Positions 1 through 8,144 of a DNA stretch of 33,655 nt are shown here, in pieces. The position numbers and the translations under genes were made by a program. The notes below the pieces were generated by a model. That model made no database searches and was not told the DNA's origin. It saw nothing but the letters and a program-made list of their open reading frames with translations. The stretch spans positions 1 to 33,655 of the forward strand of contig DRNP01000005.1 in the NCBI GenBank assembly GCA_011322135.1. Direction: 5' to 3'. This DNA is from Candidatus Kaiserbacteria bacterium (GTDB taxonomy: Bacteria; Patescibacteriota; Minisyncoccia; Phycocordibacterales; Phycocordibacteraceae). The first letter of the stretch is position 1. The number at the start of each line of letters is the position of its first letter.

Positions 1-2
1 AT

Positions 3-359
3 CAAACAGACTTCATTTTTGCGGCATACGCGGAAGAGTGGGGATTTTTCGGTGTCGCTCTCGCGCTTGCATTGTATGCAACATTACTTGCACGACTTTT
101 TGCAATTGCACGTAGGGCGAGCACAAATTTCGATGCGTTTTTTACGCTCGGTGTCGCGATTCTTTTTCTCGCGCACATTGTAATACATATTGGTATAAAC
201 GTAGGTCTTTTGCCCGTTACAGGCACAACAACACCGTTTATGAGTTATGGAGGTTCTCATATTGTAATGGAGTTTGCAGCGCTCGGAATTGTAACAGCAT
301 TGGCACGGTACGGACGGTCGGTGCCACGCCAGCAAGCGGTGCGGGAATATGAAGGGTGA
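3..359 (+). CDS. rodA: FtsW/RodA/SpoVE (SEDS) family protein, 3' part (5' end outside window)
   Basis: Frame 3 is open from the window edge: QTDFIFAAYAEEWGFFG...IGINVGLLPVTGTTTPFMSYGGS are hallmark SEDS C-terminal motifs. rodA versus ftsW cannot be settled from this fragment. Confidence 0.85.
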   Translation, partial: QTDFIFAAYAEEWGFFGVALALALYATLLARLFAIARRASTNFDAFFTLGVAILFLAHIVIHIGINVGLLPVTGTTTPFMSYGGSHIVMEFAALGIVTALARYGRSVPRQQAVREYEG

Positions 360-362
360 ACG

Positions 363-427
363 ATTTCGATTAAGCGCGCGCAAGCGCGGAGCTATTAGCT
401 CCGCGCTTGCGCGCGCTTAATCGAAAT
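363..427. repeat. Perfect 32-bp inverted repeat with 1-nt spacer between convergent genes (possible bidirectional terminator or palindromic element)
   Basis: atttcgattaagcgcgcgcaagcgcggagcta-t-tagctccgcgcttgcgcgcgcttaatcgaaat. Confidence 0.95.
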
Positions 428-443
428 ACTCTACACGTTGTTT

Positions 444-1436
444 TCAAACATAGAGTGCGTATGTTTTTTCGCGCATGTTCTCAAGAGAAAATTCGTGTAT
501 GTCCGCGGAGTTAATGATTTCATCAACACCGCCTACGTGGTTTGCAACAATAGGCAGTTTTGCAAGACGCGCCTCAATGAGAACATATGGCAGTCCTTCT
601 TTAAGAGACGGGAGTGCAAACACATCGAAGCCACGCAATACTTTTTGAAAAGGTATAAATCCGAAAAGTTTTACACGATTTTCGAGTTGATATTTTTGGA
701 TAGCTTTCTCCAGATTTTTTCTTTCCTCTCCTTCTCCAACAATTGCGACGTGCATGTTTTTATCAAGTCGTGCTTTTTCGATAAGCTCTATTTGATTTTT
801 ATTATGAGTTAGTTCGCCGATTGTTCCTGTGATACGTGCGTGTGGCGGAAATGCGTTGCGTATTTGTTCACCGGGTTCGAGTTTTGTGGAGAGATTAATT
901 CCGTTGTAAATAAGCCGTATTTTCCGCTTACACAAAGGCAAACGCCTCCCAATATGTTCGTCTCGCGCAGAAACGGTGATAATAATATCTGAAAATAAAG
1001 CAGTTACAAATGAACCGATGAAAGCAAAAGTTCGCCATGCGATTGAGCGTTTTTCTGAAAACGGCCACCCGTGCGCGGTGAATATAATTTTATGAATTTT
1101 TGTCAATCGTGATGCAACAGCTCCGAGGGCACCTGCTTTTGAAGAGTTTAGATGCACAATATCAGGTCGCTCTTTTTTGAAAAAACGTAACAACTCGATG
1201 AAGCTTTGGATATCGCGTGTTATCGACAAGTTTCGGTCGAGTGATTTTATCGTTACTGTTCGTATCCCCGCATCAGATAGTCGTCTTTTTAGTATCCCGT
1301 TTGTGCCGAATGCCACGACAACATCAAAATAATCTCTCGGAAGACCTGTCGCGAGGTCGAATACATACCGTTGAGCTCCACCCCAGTTCGATTTCGTAAT
1401 CACAAACACTATCTTTTTTTTGCGTTCAATGCTCAT
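444..1436 (-). CDS. Glycosyltransferase family 4 (GT-B fold)
   Basis: ITKSNWGGAQRYV N-terminus, HLNSSKAG, FTAHGW, and the LPSLKEGLPYVLIEA EX7E motif. Start reassigned to ATG 1436 (MSIERKK) because the longer ORF overlaps the divergent gene. Confidence 0.9.
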   Translation of the reverse strand: MSIERKKKIVFVITKSNWGGAQRYVFDLATGLPRDYFDVVVAFGTNGILKRRLSDAGIRTVTIKSLDRNLSITRDIQSFIELLRFFKKERPDIVHLNSSKAGALGAVASRLTKIHKIIFTAHGWPFSEKRSIAWRTFAFIGSFVTALFSDIIITVSARDEHIGRRLPLCKRKIRLIYNGINLSTKLEPGEQIRNAFPPHARITGTIGELTHNKNQIELIEKARLDKNMHVAIVGEGEERKNLEKAIQKYQLENRVKLFGFIPFQKVLRGFDVFALPSLKEGLPYVLIEARLAKLPIVANHVGGVDEIINSADIHEFSLENMREKTYALYV

Positions 1437-1491
1437 AATAGTAACTGTACAGCAGGAATGGAAAGTATAAAATAGGTATACGTAATTATTT

Positions 1492-2826
1492 ATGGCATTT
1501 TCTAGACGCGAAACAGGTATATTGCTTGCAGGAGACTTCTTGTTTCTTGTCGGCGCTTTGTGGTTTTCGCTTGTAATACGAAACATTGCATTGCCACAAC
1601 CGGATTATTTTTTAAATAATGCCGTTCCGTTTATTCCGATTTTTTTCTTTTCGCTTGCTGTTTTTTATATAGCGGGTCTCTATGAAAAACCAACGCGCCC
1701 AAACCGGCATGTTATGGGCGAACGCATTATAGGTGCGCAAATTGCAAACACTATCTTAGCGGCGGTTTTCTTTTTCGTGCTACCTCTTTCAATAGCTCCG
1801 AAGACAATTCTCGCATTGTATCTTATCGTCTCGGTAGTGATTATTACTGCGTGGCGTTTTTATGCGTTATCACATTTTGCTCCTCGTGGAAAAATCGCAA
1901 CAGTGCTTGTCGGTACCGGTATCGCTGTGGAAGAAGTTGCGGAAGAGCTTTCAGAAAATGACAGATACACGGTACGCATGATATCAAAGATTGATACGGC
2001 AACTCATTCTTCGAAAGAAATCACCGAGGAGGTTTCAAAATATATTCGATTAGGGGCAGGTATCATAATAATCGATACACTCGACCGAGCTGTTACAGAT
2101 GCATTGCCGGCACTTTATGAAGAAATGCTTACGGGAACAATGTTTATTACATTCGAGGAGTTTTATGAAGAATTATTTGATCGCGTACCTCTTGCGCATG
2201 TTGATTATTCATGGTTGCTGGACTGTTTACCGCGTCAGCATCTTTTGGCGGATGCAACAAAAAGATTTATCGATATTATCGGAGCTCTCGTAGGTGGTGT
2301 TTTGGCGCTCGTGTTCGTAGCTCCGTCAGCAGTGATACTGGCAGTAACTGGTGGGCGACCTTTTATTTTTCATGAACGTATCGGGCGAAACGGAAAGACG
2401 TTTCGCATCATAAAAATGCGCACGATGCTTTTAGATGACCATGGCGATCCGAAACTTCAGGCAAAAAATCGCATAACTCGTATCGGTGGTTTTTTACGCA
2501 AGACCCGCATAGATGAACTGCCACAGCTTTGGAATGTTTTTGTCGGGGAGCTTTCCTTTATAGGACCGAGACCGGAGTTGCCACGCATCGCAACAACATA
2601 CGAAAAAGAAATACCATACTATCATGCAAGGCATCTTATTAAGCCGGGTCTCTCCGGATGGGCACAAATTCGTGACTATGATGCTCCGCGAGGTGGGGCA
2701 GATGTCGAAAAAACACGGCGCAAGCTTTCGTACGATTTGTATTATTTAAAGCATCGTTCTTTTGGACTCGACCTGGCAATTGCATTAAAGACATTGCGCG
2801 CACTAGCTTCATTTTCAGGATCATGA
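1492..2826 (+). CDS. Polyprenyl-phosphate glycosylphosphotransferase (WbaP/WcaJ-like, Bac_transf domain)
   Basis: N-terminal TM helices, then KRFIDI, RIGRNGKTFRIIKMRTM, LRKTRIDELPQLWNV, SFIGPRPE, KPGLSGWAQ, YDLYY. Confidence 0.92.
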   Translation: MAFSRRETGILLAGDFLFLVGALWFSLVIRNIALPQPDYFLNNAVPFIPIFFFSLAVFYIAGLYEKPTRPNRHVMGERIIGAQIANTILAAVFFFVLPLSIAPKTILALYLIVSVVIITAWRFYALSHFAPRGKIATVLVGTGIAVEEVAEELSENDRYTVRMISKIDTATHSSKEITEEVSKYIRLGAGIIIIDTLDRAVTDALPALYEEMLTGTMFITFEEFYEELFDRVPLAHVDYSWLLDCLPRQHLLADATKRFIDIIGALVGGVLALVFVAPSAVILAVTGGRPFIFHERIGRNGKTFRIIKMRTMLLDDHGDPKLQAKNRITRIGGFLRKTRIDELPQLWNVFVGELSFIGPRPELPRIATTYEKEIPYYHARHLIKPGLSGWAQIRDYDAPRGGADVEKTRRKLSYDLYYLKHRSFGLDLAIALKTLRALASFSGS

Positions 2827-3650
2827 ATGCCATTATCGTAGACGGTAAAACTCTTGCGAATCGTATTCTCGCAGATGTGAAAGACAATGTCTCGAAGCTT
2901 CGGCGCGCTCCAAGATTAAGAATGATTGTAGCCGGAGAAAATCCGGCAATCGAGTCTTTTGTACGCATTAAAACGCTTCGTGCGGAGTCGGTCGGGATAC
3001 AGGTTTCGCTCGATAGATTTCCTGATGACGTGTCTACAAAGACACTTATTGAATCTTGCGAGCAAGGTGACGAGGATGCGCTTATTGTGCAATTACCTCT
3101 GCCTGCACACGTGGATACTGACACGGTGTTGTCCGCTATTCCTCTTGAAAAAGATGTTGATGTGTTATCTCCGATTGCATACGCACGTTTTGAATTCGGA
3201 GAGCCGGAAGCTCTTGTACCTCCTGTTGCTCTTGCTGTGGAAGCAATTCTTTCCGAATACAAAATATCCATTACAGGGAAGAGAGTTGTCGTCGTTGGAG
3301 AGGGAAGACTTGTCGGTAAACCTGTCGCAGAGTGGTTTTCTCACAGAAATGCACTTGTAGAAGTTGTAACTCTTGAGAGTGGTTCTCTTGAAAAGTCTTT
3401 GGCAAACGCTCAAATCGTTGTTTCAGGAGCGGGTGTTCCAAATCTAATTACACGCGAGATTATTCAAAGTGGTGCTGTACTCATTGATGCGGGAACTTCC
3501 GAGTCCGGAGGCGTACTTGTGGGTGATATTGACCCGGCGTGTTCTGAAAAAGCAACATTGCTAACACCCGTGCCGGGAGGTGTCGGACCTGTAACAGTCG
3601 CGTGTCTTATTAAGAACACATTATTTCTTACTCGGCAACGGTTTGCATAG
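2823..3650 (+). CDS. folD: Bifunctional methylenetetrahydrofolate dehydrogenase/cyclohydrolase
   Basis: IIVDGK, IVQLPLP, EKDVDVL, VVVGEGRLVGKP, LIDAGT, TPVPGGVGPVTVACL; ATGA overlap with the upstream gene. Confidence 0.93.
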   Translation: MNAIIVDGKTLANRILADVKDNVSKLRRAPRLRMIVAGENPAIESFVRIKTLRAESVGIQVSLDRFPDDVSTKTLIESCEQGDEDALIVQLPLPAHVDTDTVLSAIPLEKDVDVLSPIAYARFEFGEPEALVPPVALAVEAILSEYKISITGKRVVVVGEGRLVGKPVAEWFSHRNALVEVVTLESGSLEKSLANAQIVVSGAGVPNLITREIIQSGAVLIDAGTSESGGVLVGDIDPACSEKATLLTPVPGGVGPVTVACLIKNTLFLTRQRFA

Positions 3651-3676
3651 TTTGAATATATGCATATACTGGCAAC

Positions 3677-5029
3677 ATGAATCGTTATCGAATAGTAGCG
3701 GCAGTGGTGCTGTCTGTAAGTATTGTGCTCGGTTGGTTTGTGTGGAGCACAAGGACACCTGATTCACCATACGCTTTCAAGCTTGGTCTTGATTTGGCGG
3801 GCGGAACAGAGCTTGTTTACAAAGCGGACATGAGTCATACCGCTCCAAATGAGCGCACTGATTCGCTTTCCGCTTTGCGTGGGGTTATTGATCGCAGAGT
3901 AAATCTATTTGGTGTTGCGGAGCCACTGGTTCAGACCGAGCATTCAAGTGCGGTTGCAAAAGAACAAGAATATCGACTTATTGTGGATCTTCCGGGAGTT
4001 ACCAATATTAAAGCCGCTGTAGACGCACTCGGGAAAACTCCGGTGCTTGATTTCCGTTTGGCAACAACGACACTGGTAACGGGAGCGACAGGTAGCACAA
4101 CCAGACAAGTAGGCTTTATTTCCACGGGGCTTACGGGGCGTTATTTGCAAAAAGCATCATTGCAATTTGGTTCGTCTGAGAGTAACGCCCTCGGTCAGCC
4201 GGTTGTTTTGTTGAAATTTAATAAGGCGGGAGCAAAACTTTTTGAGAAGATTACTAAAAATAATATCGGTCATACGCTTGCGATTTTTCTAGACGGTCAG
4301 CCGATATCGACTCCGACAATAAAAGAGGCGATTCCGGGCGGTACCGCCAGCATCTCCGGTAACTTTACAGTTAAGAAAGCGCGTGACCTTGTACAAAATC
4401 TAAACTTTGGAGCGCTACCTGTTCCTATCAAGCTTCAAAGTAGCAGTTCCGTTGGTCCGACACTTGGTGCCGCAGCTATACATGACGGACTTAAAGCTGG
4501 AATTATCGGGTTCGCGATTGTAGTGCTGTTTATGATTCTTTGGTATCGTTTGCCGGGACTGATAGCAAGTATTGCTCTTTCCGGGTACTTGGCACTCGTG
4601 CTTTCTGTCATGAAGATTATACCGATTACTCTCACTGTTTCCGGTATTGCGGGACTTATTCTTTCTGTTGGTATGGCTGTTGACGCAAACGTGCTGATTT
4701 TTGAAAGAATTAAAGAAGAGCTACGCAAGGGAGAAGGAGCAAGAGAAGCAACTCATATTGGTTTTGCGCGTGCGTGGCCTGCTATTCGAGACGGACATGT
4801 GACAATGCTTATTTCATCCATTGTGCTCTTTTGGATGGGTACATCTATCGTGCAAGGATTCGCACTTACGTTTGCTCTCGGTGTTTTGGCGTCACTCATT
4901 TCGGCGGTATCCGCATCGCGTGTGCTTTTGCTCGCGGTGTTGCCTGAGGGCAACAAAGGCGTGTGGAGTTTCCTAACAAACTGCGGACTTCATGGGCGCG
5001 TTTCTATTCCTGATTCTGAAAACAAATAA
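3677..5029 (+). CDS. secD: Protein translocase subunit SecD
   Basis: KLGLDLAGG, RRVNLFGVAEP, GALPVP, VGPTLG, SVGMAVDANVLIFERIKEE. Confidence 0.97.
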   Translation: MNRYRIVAAVVLSVSIVLGWFVWSTRTPDSPYAFKLGLDLAGGTELVYKADMSHTAPNERTDSLSALRGVIDRRVNLFGVAEPLVQTEHSSAVAKEQEYRLIVDLPGVTNIKAAVDALGKTPVLDFRLATTTLVTGATGSTTRQVGFISTGLTGRYLQKASLQFGSSESNALGQPVVLLKFNKAGAKLFEKITKNNIGHTLAIFLDGQPISTPTIKEAIPGGTASISGNFTVKKARDLVQNLNFGALPVPIKLQSSSSVGPTLGAAAIHDGLKAGIIGFAIVVLFMILWYRLPGLIASIALSGYLALVLSVMKIIPITLTVSGIAGLILSVGMAVDANVLIFERIKEELRKGEGAREATHIGFARAWPAIRDGHVTMLISSIVLFWMGTSIVQGFALTFALGVLASLISAVSASRVLLLAVLPEGNKGVWSFLTNCGLHGRVSIPDSENK

Positions 5030-5031
5030 AT

Positions 5032-5940
5032 ATGTATATAATCAATCACCGCAAGATATTTTTCATCATTACAGGCATTATTCTTGCCATAGCTATTGGA
5101 GCTATAACACACTACGGTTTACCGCTCGGGATTGACTTTACCGGCGGCTCACTCGTAGAAGTTTCATATTCAGGAGCGCGACCAAATCTTTCAACACTCA
5201 AAAAAAAGATATCGGCACTTCCTCTCGGAGAGACTCTTTTAAGTGATTCAGGAGCTCATAACGTGATAGTGCGTTCTCGCACTCTTACACCGACCGAACA
5301 TAATGCCGTGCTTGAGGCACTTTCAACTTCAGGATCAAAAGTAACAGAATTGCAATTTACATCAGTCGGTCCGTCGCTCGGGTCTGAGCTGGCGCGCAAG
5401 GCGCTTGTTGCACTGGCTATTGTTATTCTCACAATCGTTATTTATATTGCATGGGCGTTTCGCCGTGTATCACGACCGGTATCTTCATGGGTCTATGGAT
5501 CTATCGTTGTAGCTGTTCTTTTCCATGACATCATAGTGCCGGCAGGTTTTTATGCTATCTGGGCTCATTTTACGGGAGCTCCGGTAGATTCGTTGTTCGC
5601 GGTAGCGCTTCTTACCATTCTCGGGTATTCGGTAAACGATACAATCGTCATTTTCGATAGAGTTCGCGAGCACCTTACAATTGACAGAAAATCTGTTACA
5701 CACGAAGAGTTCAGCAAGCTTGTTGGAGAATCTATAACTCAGACAATGGGTCGTTCTATTAATACATCACTCACGGTTATCTTTGTGTTGATTGCACTTG
5801 CAATCTTTGGAAGTGCCGTTACTCTCAATTTTGCAATTATCCTTATTGCGGGAGTTATAGCCGGTACGTATTCTTCCATATTGCTTGCAGCTCCACTACT
5901 TGTCCCCGTTGCGCGATATTTCACAGAGAAGCGAAAATAA
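5032..5940 (+). CDS. secF: Protein translocase subunit SecF
   Basis: LGIDFTGGS, VGPSLGSEL, LLTILGYSVNDTIVIFDRVRE, RSINTSLT. Confidence 0.97.
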   Translation: MYIINHRKIFFIITGIILAIAIGAITHYGLPLGIDFTGGSLVEVSYSGARPNLSTLKKKISALPLGETLLSDSGAHNVIVRSRTLTPTEHNAVLEALSTSGSKVTELQFTSVGPSLGSELARKALVALAIVILTIVIYIAWAFRRVSRPVSSWVYGSIVVAVLFHDIIVPAGFYAIWAHFTGAPVDSLFAVALLTILGYSVNDTIVIFDRVREHLTIDRKSVTHEEFSKLVGESITQTMGRSINTSLTVIFVLIALAIFGSAVTLNFAIILIAGVIAGTYSSILLAAPLLVPVARYFTEKRK

Positions 5941-5952
5941 AAAGAAGAAAAT

Positions 5953-6501
5953 ATGATTATCGGTATTACAGGTACCAATGGAGCGGGAAAGGGAACCATT
6001 GTTAAATATCTATTACAAAAAGGTTTTGCGCATTATTCAGTCCGCGAGTTTATTATTGAAGAAATAAAACGACGGGGAATGCCAATTGACCGTTCGTCTA
6101 TGCGTGAAGTGGCAAACGATTTACGAAAAAAGAATACGCCAAGCTATGCTGTCGAGGAACTTTTCATACGAGCACAAAAAATCGGAGGAGATGCCGTTAT
6201 TGAATCGGTACGCGCAATAGGTGAAGCGGAGTTTTTAAAAGAGAACGGAGCCATTCTTCTTGCGATAGATGCAGACCGCTCTATACGATATAAACGAACT
6301 GTCGCTCGAGGTTCGGAGACCGACCATGTCGATTTTGATACGTGGGTTATGCAAGAAGAACGTGAGTGGAATAACACAGATGCACACGACATGAATGTCC
6401 CTGCTGTAATGAAAATGGCAGATGCCACAATTATAAATAGCGGCACTCTAGATGAGCTTGGTGAACAGATTGACTTAGCAATGAAAGATATTTCTAAATA
6501 A
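5953..6501 (+). CDS. P-loop nucleotide kinase-like protein (dephospho-CoA kinase/AAA_17-like)
   Basis: MIIGITGTNGAGKGT Walker A, VIESVR, RYKR..RG lid, ADATIINSG; substrate uncertain. Confidence 0.75.
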   Translation: MIIGITGTNGAGKGTIVKYLLQKGFAHYSVREFIIEEIKRRGMPIDRSSMREVANDLRKKNTPSYAVEELFIRAQKIGGDAVIESVRAIGEAEFLKENGAILLAIDADRSIRYKRTVARGSETDHVDFDTWVMQEEREWNNTDAHDMNVPAVMKMADATIINSGTLDELGEQIDLAMKDISK

Positions 6502-6543
6502 ACGTGGAGATAGTCTAACCCGAGAAGTTTTTATAATAAACTT

Positions 6544-7236
6544 TTATGAAATGACTGTTCCTGTAAACGGTTTGTCGGAGAGGTAATTTTCAAACTCTTC
6601 GAGATGTTCGCCATTCATAATCGCGACCTCCATTTTTAGCTCGTCTGCTTCTTTTGCGGCTATCGGGTCAAACGGAGCAGACATTCCGGGGTCCCACTTG
6701 CGTGGAATTAGTGCGCGGAACTCGCTCCAATTTATGCTGTCAATCGGTTTTGCATCTGCGTTTGTACGCGGATCCGCTGTGTACACATGGTCAATGTTCG
6801 ATAAGTTTACGAGTCGTTTAGCACCGAGTGTTTTTGCCGCAGTTACTGCACAGAAATCTGTGGATTGTCCGGGTCTCCAGCCGGCTCCAAGAAGCACTGG
6901 CTCTTTTGCTGTAACTTCTTCGCTTGGGTCTTTGATGATGCGAGGGTGTGCTTGCTCTTTAAATACTGTACGTAAAAGGTGTGCGTTTAGACGAGTTGCA
7001 TGAATACCAAGCCAATCAAGATCATCTCTCGGTAGATCACCGCGAGCATCGCGCGCAGCGTCTTGATAATGTCTTGCGGTTTTTCCACCTCCTGCAATTA
7101 TAAAAAATGATGACCCTTGTTTTACAGCGTGCAATATAAGTGCGCGAAATCTGGAGATGAAATCGCTATCAATAGCTTCCGGAACAATGAGTGAACCACC
7201 AACGGACACAATGATGCGCTCTGGTGATTGTTTCAT
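6544..7236 (-). CDS. pyrH: UMP kinase, archaeal-type
   Basis: IIVSVGGSLI, IIAGGGKTARHY, DWLGIHATRLNA, GWRPGQSTD, NIDHVYTADP, PFDPIAAK, FTGTVI. Start taken at MKQSPE (7236). Confidence 0.9.
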   Translation of the reverse strand: MKQSPERIIVSVGGSLIVPEAIDSDFISRFRALILHAVKQGSSFFIIAGGGKTARHYQDAARDARGDLPRDDLDWLGIHATRLNAHLLRTVFKEQAHPRIIKDPSEEVTAKEPVLLGAGWRPGQSTDFCAVTAAKTLGAKRLVNLSNIDHVYTADPRTNADAKPIDSINWSEFRALIPRKWDPGMSAPFDPIAAKEADELKMEVAIMNGEHLEEFENYLSDKPFTGTVIS

Positions 7237-7538
7237 AATATATAGCAAGGGTGACGGCTTTACATACTATACTCGACACGCGCATTTGCCACAATATTGA
7301 CAGCTAAAATGTGCGTGCCGTTAGTTTTTGTATTCTTTTATTATATATAAAAATACAAAATCATAAATAGGTAGTGGTGTATTGGGAGTATCTTTTTAAT
7401 TAAAATTATCTTATTAAGACAACATGCTTACATTTTATGTAACGGTGAGTGACTTTTTAAATTATCGTGTCGTGTATTTTTAGTGTACTTTCAGTACGAT
7501 TTATACTCCTTGCTATCATAAAAAACGTGATAGAAGTG

Positions 7539-7567
7539 TTGACGTATATAAGAGGTGGGGGTAGTAT
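7539..7567 (+). promoter_or_regulatory. Sigma70 promoter of the 16S rRNA gene
   Basis: TTGACG (7539-7544), 17-nt spacer, TAGTAT (7562-7567), about 120 nt upstream of the 16S. Confidence 0.8.
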
Positions 7568-7658
7568 AGGCAGTACCGCTTTTGGGCGGTTTTTGCTACT
7601 TGAAATCTGGGCTTGATGAGTGCGAGGAAAGTACGTCAAGACCCTATATAGCAATAGA

Positions 7659-7685
7659 ATGTGTTCTATTGCGTTCCGCCTATTC
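7659..7685 (+). other. 5' arm of the pre-16S processing stem (pairs with 10411-10437)
   Basis: atgtgttctattgcgttccgcctattc is the reverse complement of gaataggcggaacgcaagagaacacat with 1 mismatch in 27. Confidence 0.85.
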
Positions 7686-8144
7686 TTAATGAGAGTTTGA
7701 TCCTAGCTCAGGGTGAACGCTGGCGGCGTGGATAAGGCATGCAAGTCGAACGGCCCTTCGGGGCAGTGGCAGACGAGGTAGTAACATGTAGGTACGCACC
7801 CCATGGTCGGGCATAGCCAGCCGAAAGGTTGGGTAATTCCCGATAGTCCCGCGAGGGTAAAGGTTTTTCGCCATGGGAGCGGCCTGCACAGTATCAGCTA
7901 GTTGGTAGGGTAAAAGCCTACCAAGGCTACGACGCTTAGGGGAGCTGAGAGGCTGACCCCCACCGATGGGACTGAGACACGGCCCATACTCCTACGGGAG
8001 GCCGCAGTCGAGAATCTTCCGCAATGGACGAAAGTCTGACGGAGCGACGCCGCGTGCTGGATGAAGTTCTTCGGGACGTAAACAGCTTTTATGTGGGACG
8101 AAATTTTTGACGGTACCATATGAATAAGGGGCTCCTAACTCTGT

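Noticed and set aside
1437-1586. N-terminal extension of the GT4 ORF (and similar extensions at 11111, 15291, 16377, 19467, 24762, 27391)
   Set aside because: They overlap neighbouring genes or promoters; family homology and -10 spacing point to the downstream ATGs.
2639-3271. 210-aa minus-strand ORF and other long antisense ORFs over housekeeping genes
   Set aside because: They fully overlap well-supported genes (sugar transferase/folD, murC, GTs) on the opposite strand and have no recognisable motifs.
7611-7643. ttgatgag...gaaa...gtc in the rRNA leader, resembling a hammerhead ribozyme core
   Set aside because: Lacks exact CUGANGA and the three-stem arrangement; explained as a simple cttgatg/cgtcaag leader hairpin.
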